Below are positions 11,877-21,938 of a stretch of 50,545 nt of DNA, piece after piece. The position numbers were made by a program, and so were the translations under genes. The number at the start of each line of letters is the position of its first letter. The stretch's first letter is position 1. The stretch is from an uncultured Actinomyces sp. (GTDB lineage: Bacteria; Actinomycetota; Actinomycetes; Actinomycetales; Actinomycetaceae), in the NCBI GenBank assembly GCA_938022345.1, contig CALIEP010000350.1:1-50545 (forward strand). The letters are read 5' to 3'. The notes below the pieces were generated by a model. The model was given only the letters and a program-made list of their open reading frames with translations. It was not told the origin of the DNA and did no database searches.

Positions 11877-13148
11877 ATGGCAAAGACGCGTTCTCACGGT
11901 TTTTCAACGGGACTGACCAGTGCGGTTGCGCTGCTTGTTGTTGCAGCGCCCCTCGCTCTGGTACCACCCGCTTTTGCGGATGAAGACCGTAACCGCGTTG
12001 CCCAGGCTCAGCGCGAGTCCGCGCAGCACGTGCAAGAGCTTCGCAACAACCTTGAGGGTTTGGATGCTTCGCTGGCCCAGGTTTACTTAGACCTTGAAAC
12101 TGCGAATGCACAGATCCCCGTTGCTCAGGCTGAGCTTGACACTGCTAATGAACGCTACGAGGGCGCCAAGCGTGAGCATGACGTTGCGCAGGCCCAACTG
12201 GAAGCAGCTCAGGCCGAGGTCGCTCGTCTTAACACTGCGATGGAGAAAGCACGCAAACAGCAAGAGGAATCTCAAAAAGCTGTGGGTGCATTGGCGCGCG
12301 AGATGTATCAGTCTGGGGGAGTGAGCTCGCCCCTTCTGATCGCGCTGTCGTCTTCGGGAACCGAGGAAATTGCTGATCGTGCAGCTGCGGCGGATGCAAT
12401 GACACGCGCTCAAGACAGTGCGCTCAGTCAAGCAATGGATATGCAGGCAGCGACGCGCAATCAGCAGAGCAGGCAAGACGCCGTCACTTCGCGAATTTCT
12501 TCTCTGGAGGAGAAAGCACGTAAGGCCTAGGAAGAAGCTGAGAGCGCAAAGAACACTGCGGAAACGAAACTGCGCGAACTCGACGAACTGAAGAAGACCT
12601 CGGAAGAAAAACGCGCCCAGTGGGATGCACAGAAGGCTCAGGCTGAAGAGCAACTTGGTCAGTGGCAGCGCGAATACCAAGATGCGACCTCGAAGCTCGC
12701 TGCGATTGATGAAGAGAACCGCCGCCAGAATAGGCGCTATACCTCCTCCTCGAACTTCTCCAGCCCGCTCCCCGTTCCTTTGGTTGTTACGTCACCATTC
12801 GGATGGCGAGTCCACCCTGTCCTTGGGATCTCTCGCTATCACAATGGAACAGACTTTGCGGCAAACTGCGGTACTGAAATTTATCCGGTTGCCGAAGGCG
12901 TTGTCACCGCTGTGACCGTTGAAACCGCTGGCGGAAACGTTGTCTACGTAAACCACGGGATGATGAATGGCGCGTCCATGTCGACTGCGTATGTTCATAT
13001 GCAGTCCACCAATGTCTATGTTGGTCAGCACGTTGGACGCGATACGGTGCTGGGATGGGTCGGCGCTACAGGCTACGCCACTGGCTGCCATCTCCACCTG
13101 TCCGTTATGCGCAACGGTGCTGATGTTGAACCTCTGGATTACTTGTAG
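11877..13148 (+). pseudogene. Secreted coiled-coil + M23 peptidase (FtsEX-associated) interrupted by one in-frame TAG at 12528-12530
   Basis: Signal peptide and long coiled coil; past the TAG the same frame reads EEAESAKNTAE...VTSPFGWRVHP, HNGTD (HxxxD), CHLH (HxH). Confidence 0.85.
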
Positions 13149-13188
13149 GACAATAGTTCTCCTGTAATTTCTCACTGAGGGGGTGCTT

Positions 13189-13716
13189 ATGCCGAAGGAA
13201 TGGAAGAAACCAAAGCCTACCGAATCCGAGAAGCGTAAGGCTGCCTCGGACGCGAAGAAAACTATTGCTCGCAATAAGAAGGCTCGCCACGACTATCTCA
13301 TTGAAGATACGTGGGAGGCCGGCATGGTACTTTCGGGGACCGAAGTGAAAGCTCTACGTATGGGGCGTGCCTCGCTTGTCGACGCCTGGGTAGAGATTAA
13401 GAACGGCGAGGCCTGGCTATACGGGGCGAACATCCCCATGTATGCGCAGGGTTCGTGGACCAACCACGCGCCGACGCGAAAGAGGAAGCTTCTGCTGCAT
13501 AGCAGTCAGATTTCCACTCTGGCCGATAAGTCTTCTGCCAAGGGATACACCATTGTTCCCCTTGAGCTCTACTTTATCGGCGGCCGCGCAAAGGTTGAGA
13601 TCGCCCTTGCTCGCGGTAAACAAGAGTGGGATAAACGTCAGGCCCTGCGTGAAAAACAGGACCAGCGTGAGGCAGAGCGCGCGATGCGTCGCTATGTCAA
13701 ACAAGCGCGTCGCTGA
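13189..13716 (+). CDS. smpB: SsrA-binding protein SmpB
   Basis: IARNKKARHDY, EAGMVLSGTEVKALR, RKRKLLLH, GKQEWDKR. Confidence 0.97.
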   Translation: MPKEWKKPKPTESEKRKAASDAKKTIARNKKARHDYLIEDTWEAGMVLSGTEVKALRMGRASLVDAWVEIKNGEAWLYGANIPMYAQGSWTNHAPTRKRKLLLHSSQISTLADKSSAKGYTIVPLELYFIGGRAKVEIALARGKQEWDKRQALREKQDQREAERAMRRYVKQARR

Positions 13717-13795
13717 TCTCGGCGACGCGCTGACGAGGAAGTGCTGTGTACCCTCCATGTGGAAGGTGCACAGCTGTTCTGTTTGAGGAGCGTTG

Positions 13796-16396
13796 ATGAA
13801 GCCTGTTGTGCGATCGCTTAAGCGGGATATCCGGCGGATGGTGACCGTGCCCGCCGCCTGGATTGTCATTGTCGGTCTTCTCTTTGTACCCGCACTGTAT
13901 GCGTGGTTTAACATCGTCGGTTTTTGGGATCCCTATTCGAATACCTCGAAGATTCGCGTGGCGGTTGCCAATGAGGATCAGGGTGCGACGAAGGACGCTA
14001 TCGGTTTTATTAACGTTGGGACCACGGTAGAAAATCAACTACGCACGAATGACCAGTTGGGTTGGTATTTCGTTTCTGCCGATCAAGCACAAAAAGATGT
14101 TGAGCGGGGCCACGCGTATGCCGCGATCGTCATCCCCTCAGACTTTTCTCAAAAATTAACGGGCATTGTTGACGGCACCTATTCAAAGCCAAACGTGCAG
14201 TACTACGTGAATGAGCGCAACAACGCCATTGCTCCAAAAATTACTGGAGCCGGTGCGAATGCCCTTGATCAACAGATCAACTCGGCTTTTGTCTCGACCG
14301 TCGCGCAGAGCCTTTCTGCAAAGATCTCCTCAACAGGGCGCTCCATTTCTGACATTTTGCAAAGCAACCGTTCTGATCTTAAAGATAAGATCACCGCAGC
14401 TCGCGACCAGCTGGGAGAAGCTGAACAGACACTCAAAGGGATGGACGGCAGGATCGATGCGGCCAAGGAAAAGATTTCTGGTGCACGCAATTCATTGAAT
14501 TCGGCCGATTCGAGCCTGTCTGATCTCAACAGCGCGCTCTCCCAAGCAGATCAGTTAGTCAATGACACGCGCTCCACTTTGTCGACTTTCAGCACCAATA
14601 TGTCTGGTGCGCTCGATGGGCTGGCGAATCATGCTACTGATGCCACCGCGAAGGCATCGGCTGCCGGAGGGGCATTCAACGGGGGAGTGCAAGGCGCAAC
14701 GACAACGATTAATGGGCTCCTGACAGAAGGACAGTCCATCAACCAGACTAATGGGGATATCCTGCGCCAACTCCAAAGCCTAGGAATCGCGCAACTTCCC
14801 ACGGCCTCGCAAGCTTTGAATGACTTGAGCACGCAAAACTCTCAGGTTGGACAAACTCTGGCGAACTTGTCGAATCTTAATGGCAGCCTTGCGACGACTT
14901 CGAATTCGATCACCCAAGCGCTCGCGACACTTCAGAACTCCAGTCAAGTACTGAGCAATTCCGCTGCTCAGGCGCGCTCGGGTATCGGGGACCAACTTCC
15001 TGCGATTTCCAATGCGCTGGACCAAATGTCGACAGCCTCAGCGAATCTTCGTTCTGCAATTGCTGTGCTTCAAGGCCAACGAGAACAGATGAATGGTTTG
15101 CTTGATCAGCTCACGGCACTTCTTGATTCGACGAAGACGACTCTTGCTCAGTCAGCGACAAATGTCAGCGCATTGATGAATGATCTTGGAAGCGCACAGG
15201 GAGATATCTCTGCCATTTCTTCCTCGAACGCCATTCAATCTCTTTCAGGCTCTATGAATCTCAATCCTGAAAAGATTGCTGAATTTGTGGCCGCACCGAC
15301 GTCGATCCAAACCCAGGCCGTCTTCCCAGTTTCCACGTATGGTTCCGCGATGGCGCCGCTCTTTACGAACCTTGCGTTGTGGATTGGCGCATTTTCTCTT
15401 GTCGTTATTTTCAAGCTCGAGGTCGATGACGAGGAAGTCGGTCCCATGAGCTCGGTCCAGCGTTATATGTCGCGATGGATGCTTCTGGCGCTCTTTGCTC
15501 TTGGGCAGGCCCTGGTTGTATCCATTGGAAATCTCATCATTGGGGTCCAAACTGTCTCCAAGCTTGCTTTTGTTGGGACAGCGATGATCAGTTCACTGGC
15601 CTACCTCTCGATTATTTACATGTTGGCGACTTGCTTCCAACACATTGGTAAAGGTCTATGTGTCGTCATTGTCATGCTGCAGATTCCGGGCGCTGCCGGC
15701 CTGTATCCCATCGAGATGATGCCCTCCTTCTTCCGTTTCCTCCATCCGCTTTTCCCCTTCACCTATGGCATTAATGCGATGCGCGAAACGGTCGGTGGCT
15801 TCTATGACCACGCGTATATTCGAGCAATTGGAGTGCTGGCGATTCACGTGGCAATCTCTTTCACCATCGGACTTGCGTTGCGTCCGTATCTTGTGAACCT
15901 TAACGCGATGGTGACCCGTGATCTGTCGCGGTCTGGATTGTTTATTAGCGAGGCCACTCGCCTTCCCTCCTCACGTTTCCGTCTTTCCCAGATCGTTTCT
16001 GTTCTTGCCGACCATGATTTGTATTCGCGTTCCGTTTCGCGTCGGGTGCGCACCTTTGAACGTCGTTACCCGCGGATGCGCCGTGCAGCGCTGGTTCTGG
16101 GGATTGTTGTTCCGGCTCTCCTTGCAGTTTTATCTGTTACGAGTGCGACCGAAGTGCCGATGATGTTGGGACTGTGGATTGTGTGGATCCTCGCGATTAT
16201 CTCATTCTTGATCGCTGTCGAGTTTGTTCGTGAGTCTCTTGAACGTCAGCAGTTGCTCACGAATATGAATGACTCCGATGTACGCTCGCTTTTGCAACGG
16301 AGGGCTCACGGTGCAGCGGCGCTCTTCGCCTCAGCAGTGAAGAAGAGCGCTTCTGTGCACGACGAAGAAGCAGTGGAAGAAGGGAGCGAGAAGTGA
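13796..16396 (+). CDS. YhgE/Pip-family membrane protein 1
   Basis: PALYAWFNIVGFWDPY...VAVANED, large helical ectodomain, YGSAMAPLF, C-terminal TM bundle with GLYPIEMMP. Confidence 0.9.
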   Translation: MKPVVRSLKRDIRRMVTVPAAWIVIVGLLFVPALYAWFNIVGFWDPYSNTSKIRVAVANEDQGATKDAIGFINVGTTVENQLRTNDQLGWYFVSADQAQKDVERGHAYAAIVIPSDFSQKLTGIVDGTYSKPNVQYYVNERNNAIAPKITGAGANALDQQINSAFVSTVAQSLSAKISSTGRSISDILQSNRSDLKDKITAARDQLGEAEQTLKGMDGRIDAAKEKISGARNSLNSADSSLSDLNSALSQADQLVNDTRSTLSTFSTNMSGALDGLANHATDATAKASAAGGAFNGGVQGATTTINGLLTEGQSINQTNGDILRQLQSLGIAQLPTASQALNDLSTQNSQVGQTLANLSNLNGSLATTSNSITQALATLQNSSQVLSNSAAQARSGIGDQLPAISNALDQMSTASANLRSAIAVLQGQREQMNGLLDQLTALLDSTKTTLAQSATNVSALMNDLGSAQGDISAISSSNAIQSLSGSMNLNPEKIAEFVAAPTSIQTQAVFPVSTYGSAMAPLFTNLALWIGAFSLVVIFKLEVDDEEVGPMSSVQRYMSRWMLLALFALGQALVVSIGNLIIGVQTVSKLAFVGTAMISSLAYLSIIYMLATCFQHIGKGLCVVIVMLQIPGAAGLYPIEMMPSFFRFLHPLFPFTYGINAMRETVGGFYDHAYIRAIGVLAIHVAISFTIGLALRPYLVNLNAMVTRDLSRSGLFISEATRLPSSRFRLSQIVSVLADHDLYSRSVSRRVRTFERRYPRMRRAALVLGIVVPALLAVLSVTSATEVPMMLGLWIVWILAIISFLIAVEFVRESLERQQLLTNMNDSDVRSLLQRRAHGAAALFASAVKKSASVHDEEAVEEGSEK

Positions 16397-18597
16397 AAGC
16401 GATATGGGAAATTTTCCGCGCTGATCTTTCGCGAGCACATCGCAGCGTGATCAGTATGGTCGTTGTTCTTGGGCTGGTTGTTCTTCCGTCATTCTTTGCG
16501 TGGTTCAACATCTCCGCATCATGGGATCCTTTTGCCAACACAAAAAACCTACGGATTGCGATTGCCAATACCGACAAGGGGTATAAGTCTGATCTGATCC
16601 CCCTTGAGGTCAATATCGGTAACCGTGTTGTGGCAGCTTTACGGACGAACGAGCAATTCAATTGGGTGATTGATAGCGAAGAACAAGCAATTGAGAAGAC
16701 GCGATCGGTGGAGTACTACGCGGCAGTTGTCATCCCTTCGGACTTCTCTCAAGAGATGCTGACTTTCTTTTCCAGTGATGCGCATTCGACGCCCCTGACC
16801 TACTACATCAATGAAAAGAAGAATGGCCTGGCGCCAAAAATCGCCGGTCAAGGCGCAGAGCGCGTTTCTGCGCAAATCAACCAGGTATTTGCGCAGACTG
16901 TTGCAGAAATTGCCGTGGATACGGCTTCTTCGCTGTCAGATGCGCTCTCTGATCCCGCGAATGTTCGTGGTATCCAGGCGTTGAATTCTCGCCTGGAGTC
17001 GACCTCGCAGCGCCTGAACGCTGCGGCAACCAGCGCAGATGCCTATGCCGGACTCATCGCCTCCTCTGTGCAGCTGGTGGATTCTACGCAGACCATGATT
17101 GCCAATGCCTCGAAGGCCCGAGATCCGCTGGAGAGCGCGGCAAATAACGCCTCGGCTTCCGTTGATCAGATCAGTGCTGGGGCTTCGCAGGCTGCCTCCG
17201 CCCTTTCCTCAGCCGTGAGTGCGTCTGCTCATTCCCTTGAGGTGCTTTCTGCATCCATTGATGATGTGTATTCCCGAGGCGGCACTAGCGTCGCTTCGGC
17301 GGTGGAGACCTTGCGTTCCCAGGCCTCGTCAGTGGGCAATCAAGCGACGCAGTACCTGCATGTGAAGGAAACGCTGGCAAATCTACCGGGAACACCTATT
17401 TCTCAAGATGTTCTGGATCGCTTGCAAGCTTCTGCTGACCGTCTGAGCGCACTGCAGAATGCGATCAATAAGCTTGCTGATGACATGGAAAAGAACGTCG
17501 CAGATGCTGGCGCAAATCGCCAGGATGTAAAGAACCTTGTTGGACAAGCTCAGTCAGCTATCTCCAATTTGAAGAGCGATGTTGATTCCTCCCTGCGTCC
17601 GCAATTAGAACAGCTTTCGGGAACCATTAACTCAGCAACCTCGTCGATGGAAAACCTGCGCGCTCAGCTGTCTGCAGCCAGCTCCAGTGTCAATGATGGC
17701 TCGAATGGGGTTCGGGAGGGGTTATCGAAACTTCAATCGACGTTTAGTGGAATTGGAAATCAACTTCGTGAAGCCTCGCTAAAGATCTCAGACATTCATA
17801 ACAAGTTGAGTGATGCTTTGCAAAGTGGGAACCTTGCGCAGGTCCGCACCATCATTGGCTCAGATCCTCAGGCTCTGGCCGTTGCTCTTGCAGCTCCTGT
17901 GGGTGTCACCACCATTGCGGTGTATCCGGTTGAGAATTTTGGCTCTCAGATGGCGCCCTTCTATACGGCCCTTGCACTGTGGGTGGGGTCGGTCCTCATG
18001 ATCATTAGCATTCGCAGTGATGTCACCACAGAGAATGTTGTTGAGGGATTGGATTCTTCCCACCCAGCTGTCGAGTATTTCAAGAGGCATCGCTTAGGCC
18101 TGTGGGAAGGCTTCCTCGGGCGTTACATGATTTTCGGGCTGCTTGCTCTGACCCAGGCCACCATTATGTGCTTGGGCTTGCTGTTCTTTGTGAAGATCCA
18201 GCACGTTCATCCCTGGCTATTTATGTGTACCGGGTGGGCGATTGCCTTGGTGTTTTCTTTCCTGCTCTACACCTTCATCGCTACTTTCGGTAATGCGGGG
18301 AAAGCCTTGGGTGTACTGTTCCTGGTCTTGCAGATCACGGGTGCAGGCGGATCCTTCCCCTTGGATATTCTGCCGAGTTTCTTCCGGGCAATTTCGCCGT
18401 ATCTTCCCGCAACTCACGGAATTACTGCCCTGCGAGCTGCGATCGCCGGCTATTCGGGCAGTGAGTACCTTGATGCAATGTTGTTGCTGGGGGCCTTTGC
18501 CCTATTTGCCGCGGTTTTGGGATTGGGGCTTCGTCCGTTCCTCATCAAGAACAATCGACTCTTGGTTAAGAAGTTGGAGTCCACAAAGCTTATGTAG
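16393..18597 (+). CDS. YhgE/Pip-family membrane protein 2
   Basis: FAWFNISASWDPF...IAIANTD, NEKKNGLAPKI, FGSQMAPFY, GGSFPL; coupled to the previous gene (GTGA). Confidence 0.9.
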   Translation: MKAIWEIFRADLSRAHRSVISMVVVLGLVVLPSFFAWFNISASWDPFANTKNLRIAIANTDKGYKSDLIPLEVNIGNRVVAALRTNEQFNWVIDSEEQAIEKTRSVEYYAAVVIPSDFSQEMLTFFSSDAHSTPLTYYINEKKNGLAPKIAGQGAERVSAQINQVFAQTVAEIAVDTASSLSDALSDPANVRGIQALNSRLESTSQRLNAAATSADAYAGLIASSVQLVDSTQTMIANASKARDPLESAANNASASVDQISAGASQAASALSSAVSASAHSLEVLSASIDDVYSRGGTSVASAVETLRSQASSVGNQATQYLHVKETLANLPGTPISQDVLDRLQASADRLSALQNAINKLADDMEKNVADAGANRQDVKNLVGQAQSAISNLKSDVDSSLRPQLEQLSGTINSATSSMENLRAQLSAASSSVNDGSNGVREGLSKLQSTFSGIGNQLREASLKISDIHNKLSDALQSGNLAQVRTIIGSDPQALAVALAAPVGVTTIAVYPVENFGSQMAPFYTALALWVGSVLMIISIRSDVTTENVVEGLDSSHPAVEYFKRHRLGLWEGFLGRYMIFGLLALTQATIMCLGLLFFVKIQHVHPWLFMCTGWAIALVFSFLLYTFIATFGNAGKALGVLFLVLQITGAGGSFPLDILPSFFRAISPYLPATHGITALRAAIAGYSGSEYLDAMLLLGAFALFAAVLGLGLRPFLIKNNRLLVKKLESTKLM

Positions 18598-18687
18598 AGC
18601 CTCCCGGGATTTTTCTTCCTCGGAGGCCAAGGAGCTGCCGCTACCTGCGTGCGGGGCGGGGGAGTGGGGCGAGGCCTCGGGAATCTC

Positions 18688-18716
18688 TTGCCAGCTCAGC
18701 AGCGGGGACGTATGAT
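18688..18716 (+). promoter_or_regulatory. Sigma70-type promoter for ssrA
   Basis: TTGCCA-17 bp-TATGAT about 60 nt upstream of the mature tmRNA. Confidence 0.7.
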
Positions 18717-18776
18717 TTCAAGTCCGGTGTTTGTGCTGCTGTGGTGGCAGGGCGCCGGTGAGTGAAGAACTCAATA

Positions 18777-19148
18777 GGGGATGATCGGTTTCGACAGCGG
18801 TCGTCGATCGAGGGGAAGCGAGCCGAGGAGGCATGCTCTACTCGTTAACGATGTGTGCAAACCAATAGGTGCCGAACAGAATCGCACCGACTACGTTCTC
18901 GCCGCCTGATTGCCGCGTGAACCTTTAGTCCGTCAGCCCGGAAGGTGCTTCCGGTCCGGTGTCTGGCGTCGTCTAGGAAGCCACTGGGTGCCGTTCGTGT
19001 TGGTAGGACGGCTCCGACACTCAATCAACTGAGCCTATCTGGTAGCAGGTCTGCATGATGCCAGGGGCTGAGAAATAACTCGCAGACTGCGCTCGGAGAA
19101 GACCTCGGGGTCGGCTGTTGGACGGGGGTTCGATTCCCCCCATCTCCA
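18777..19148 (+). ncRNA. ssrA: tmRNA; tag reading frame 18871-18909 encodes AEQNRTDYVLAA*
   Basis: 5' GGGGATGATCGGTTTCGAC, 3' T-arm GGGGGTTCGATTCCCCC, acceptor CATCTCC-A with G3.U wobble, tag ending LAA; near smpB; CCA not fully encoded. Confidence 0.97.
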
Positions 19149-19149
19149 C

Positions 19150-19294
19150 TGGTACCGTTTTGGGATCGTTGGAAAAACAATGTTTTTCGTTGGTATTCCA
19201 AGGATCTAGACCAAAACGGTATAGGACATAAGAGGACATTAGCGGGCATAAAAGGGTGCAAAAACGGTACCAAAACGGTACCATAGCGGTACCA
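19150..19294. repeat. att-proximal repeats (candidate integrase arm-type sites)
   Basis: CCAAAACGGTACCA: inverted at 19150-19163, partial at 19211-19221, three tandem copies at 11-bp pitch in 19259-19294; GG(A/G)CAT x3 between them. Confidence 0.8.
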
Positions 19295-19339
19295 GATAAG
19301 CGCCCCTAAAAGAGGGCACTTGAAGTGAAGGGACTAGCT

Positions 19340-20518
19340 ATGCCCGCCGCGCTTCCTAGGGGTATTGTCATCCACCGAGGACTGTACCGCGTCCGTATCA
19401 CTGTAGACGGTAAGCGCCACCTAGTCGGCGACTATGCCAACCTTACTGATGCCAAAGCCGCTCTCGCCATCGCGAAGGCGGACGTGGTTCGCGGAGCGTA
19501 CGTGTCCCCTGAAGACGCGAAGCTCGAAAGGCAGGCCGCGAAGGCGCGAGAGGCCGCTGTGCTGGCCGCGGCGAAGTCACTCGAAGAAAAGGAAGTGACT
19601 GTCTCGTCCTGGTCTGAGCAGTGGCTCGACCAGCTCGTAGAGACAGGCCGGAGTGACGGTACCTTGAGGACCTACCGCTCCACGCTCTCCCGGCATATCC
19701 TCCCGACCCTGGGAAAGAAGAAGCTCGGAGAGGTCACCCAGGACGACGCGGACCGGCTGCTCCGCTCCAGGAAAACTCCCGCGGTGCGCACCAACGTTTC
19801 GCGTGTTCTCCGCTCCTTATATCTAGCAGCCGTGGATCAGGGCGTGGGCGGCTTGAACGCGGTGCCTTTCAGGCTGCATGTGCCTAAACCACAGGTCGCC
19901 CGAGGCCTGGACTCTTCTAAAGTGGCTACTCCTGACCAGGTGCGCGCACTAGCCGAAGCACTCCCTGAAAGGCTCTCCCTTGCCGCCTACCTCGCGGCCA
20001 TCATGTCCCTGCGCTTGGGCGAGGTTCTCGGTCTGCAGCGAGGTGATTTCGAGGACCTCGACAGCCCTGGGTTCGCGGTCCTCCATGTACGCCGGCAATG
20101 GAACTCTAAAGCGTATGGCGGTGGGGCCTCGTTCTCCGCTCCGAAGGCTGGCAGTGAGGGTGTGCTGGCTATTCCTGAAGAGCTGGCCTCCCAGGTGCGC
20201 GCCCACCTGGAGCGCTGGGTGGGCGGTAAAAAGACCTCTCCGCTCTTCCCGTCGGTGCACAATCCGGATCGCCCGATGTCTCAGACGCGGTTTGACGAAG
20301 AGTGGCGCGCGGCCCGTGTGAAGGCCGGTATGCCCAGCTTCCGCTTCCATGATTTGAGGCATACAGGCTTGACGCTCTACGCCCAGGCCGGGGCGACGCT
20401 CTCGGAGATTATGGCCCGAGGCCGTCACAAACATCCCGAGGTTGCGGTGCGGTATCAGCACGCGACTTTGGAACGTGATAGGGCTAACGCTGCGGTTCTT
20501 GGCGCGGCTTTCGGATAA
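19340..20518 (+). CDS. int: Tyrosine integrase
   Basis: N-terminal AP2-like arm-binding segment (YRVRITVDGKRHLVG); catalytic LRLGE, FHDLRH, GRHK, RYQH. Confidence 0.95.
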   Translation: MPAALPRGIVIHRGLYRVRITVDGKRHLVGDYANLTDAKAALAIAKADVVRGAYVSPEDAKLERQAAKAREAAVLAAAKSLEEKEVTVSSWSEQWLDQLVETGRSDGTLRTYRSTLSRHILPTLGKKKLGEVTQDDADRLLRSRKTPAVRTNVSRVLRSLYLAAVDQGVGGLNAVPFRLHVPKPQVARGLDSSKVATPDQVRALAEALPERLSLAAYLAAIMSLRLGEVLGLQRGDFEDLDSPGFAVLHVRRQWNSKAYGGGASFSAPKAGSEGVLAIPEELASQVRAHLERWVGGKKTSPLFPSVHNPDRPMSQTRFDEEWRAARVKAGMPSFRFHDLRHTGLTLYAQAGATLSEIMARGRHKHPEVAVRYQHATLERDRANAAVLGAAFG

Positions 20519-20519
20519 A

Positions 20520-20562
20520 AAAGCAGCCCCACCCAGGTGCGTTACCTAGGTGGGGCTGCTTT
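20520..20562. terminator. Bidirectional terminator between int and the convergent late operon
   Basis: AAAGCAGCCCCACC...GGTGGGGCTGCTTT. Confidence 0.85.
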
Positions 20563-20576
20563 GTGTAGACCAGGGG

Positions 20577-21059
20577 CTATGCCTGGTCTTTGAGTTTGTC
20601 TATCGCTTTCCAGATGCGCTCATGGTCGGTTTTTGAGCTTTCCACGAGGACGGTGTGGGCGCGTTCTTCGTTAGACTGTCGATCCCGCATCGCTGTCAGA
20701 TCATTGCGTATCCCTGCGATCTCGCTGCCTAGCTGGCGCACAATTCCGTTGGTGCTGGTAGCGAGCTCCGAAATCTGATCGACTTTCGCGCGGGTCTCAT
20801 CCAAGTCTGCGCGCAGGTTCGAGGAATGGTCATTGTTCGTCTGGGTCTTGATCGCGGCACTATCGCGCTCAGCTGCCTGAGCGGCGGCCTTAATCTCCTT
20901 GCTGTGGGCGGTCAAGGCCTCCAGCTGCACGGCCAATTTCTTCTGCACGAGACGCAGGTACGCGCCTAGCGTGCCGACCGCGCCGAGGACCACGGCGACG
21001 ATGACCGACGCGACCTCCGGCGTGGACAGAGCGTCCGTGATCGGATGCAGGGGACTCAC
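20577..21059 (-). CDS. Lysis-cassette membrane protein (one TM + coiled coil, DUF2746-like)
   Basis: GTG start overlapping the holin stop; TM VASVIVAVVLGAVGTLGAYL; QTNNDHSSNLRADLD motif. Confidence 0.7.
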   Translation of the reverse strand: MSPLHPITDALSTPEVASVIVAVVLGAVGTLGAYLRLVQKKLAVQLEALTAHSKEIKAAAQAAERDSAAIKTQTNNDHSSNLRADLDETRAKVDQISELATSTNGIVRQLGSEIAGIRNDLTAMRDRQSNEERAHTVLVESSKTDHERIWKAIDKLKDQA

Positions 21060-21388
21060 ACCGTCTCCTCCCTGTGCTTGGCCTCGTAGGGTTCTCCGCC
21101 CGGCGTGGCGCGTCCTACCCAGTCGATCATGCCTAAGGACTTGAGCGCCGTGAATGCTGTTGCTGCTGCGGCGATGATGACCGAGGCCTGGGTGGCCACC
21201 AGCTGCCAGGAGAGGGGGTAGGCCCCAGCCCACCACACGACAAAAGACAACACCAGACCCGCCGTGAGAGCCAAGACACGGCGGCGGGCAGAAGTCCAGT
21301 AGGGCTTATCCAGGGCCGCCTGGATGAGAGGCCAGGCGAAGCCCACCAGGCCGCACGTAACAAGCGGATCAAAATTTAAACCAAGCAT
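21056..21388 (-). CDS. Holin (putative, about 3 TM segments)
   Basis: 110 aa hydrophobic protein with a charged C-terminus downstream of the endolysins; GAAAGGA RBS. Confidence 0.75.
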   Translation of the reverse strand: MLGLNFDPLVTCGLVGFAWPLIQAALDKPYWTSARRRVLALTAGLVLSFVVWWAGAYPLSWQLVATQASVIIAAAATAFTALKSLGMIDWVGRATPGGEPYEAKHREETV

Positions 21389-21469
21389 CAGATTTTCCTT
21401 TCATTTTTGGGCACGTAAAACCCGCCTGCCAGGGAGCGGCAGACGGGTCGGGCTCGCGTATAATATTCG

Positions 21470-21871
21470 TTATGTTTGCGGGGGGGCAGGCATACGGATG
21501 GGATAGCCAGCCCCTCGGCAGGTTTGCGCTAGGCGCGCAACCGCGCCCTCAACGCGGTCTGATTTTTCCGCTGCGCCAACCACGGAGAGGACATCGTTCA
21601 AAGCATCTTTGGCCTCGTGCGATACATCCAGCCGAAGCGCCCACGATGCCTCCTGGCCCAGCTCATTGCGCGCCTCTTCCAATTCCCGCGTATACGCCTC
21701 GCTCGGCAGGCCAGAAGCCGGGGAGCGGTAAACGACAGCCGCATATTTTTCGTAGGCGCTGCCGACCTCCTGGCATGCGCGCTGCGTGGGAAACAAAAAA
21801 CCATAGCGCCACGCGACAAACAAGGCCCCCAACACGAGGACAAGCACACACGCGAACAGTTTCTTCTTCAC
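21470..21871 (-). CDS. Membrane-anchored/secreted hypothetical protein (moron-like)
   Basis: MKKK + hydrophobic helix, helical ectodomain bracketed by two Cys; GGAGG RBS; hairpin terminator follows. Confidence 0.65.
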   Translation of the reverse strand: MKKKLFACVLVLVLGALFVAWRYGFLFPTQRACQEVGSAYEKYAAVVYRSPASGLPSEAYTRELEEARNELGQEASWALRLDVSHEAKDALNDVLSVVGAAEKSDRVEGAVARLAQTCRGAGYPIRMPAPPQT

Positions 21872-21938
21872 CCCAACCTCCGAACCGCAGCGGGAAATGC
21901 TACAAGGCTAGCCTAGAGCGGCAGGAAACTAAAGACTT

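Noticed and set aside
19021..19284. Minus-strand ORFs over the tmRNA/att region
   Set aside because: Antisense to tmRNA and the att repeats; no coding features
19141..19340. BPs-type integration-dependent immunity (attP inside the repressor adding a degradation tag)
   Set aside because: None of the three forward frames after the tmRNA end terminates in an LAA-like tag, the integrase keeps an arm-binding N-terminus, and the repressor's LAA at the window edge is not followed by a stop; attR is not visible, so it is not fully excluded
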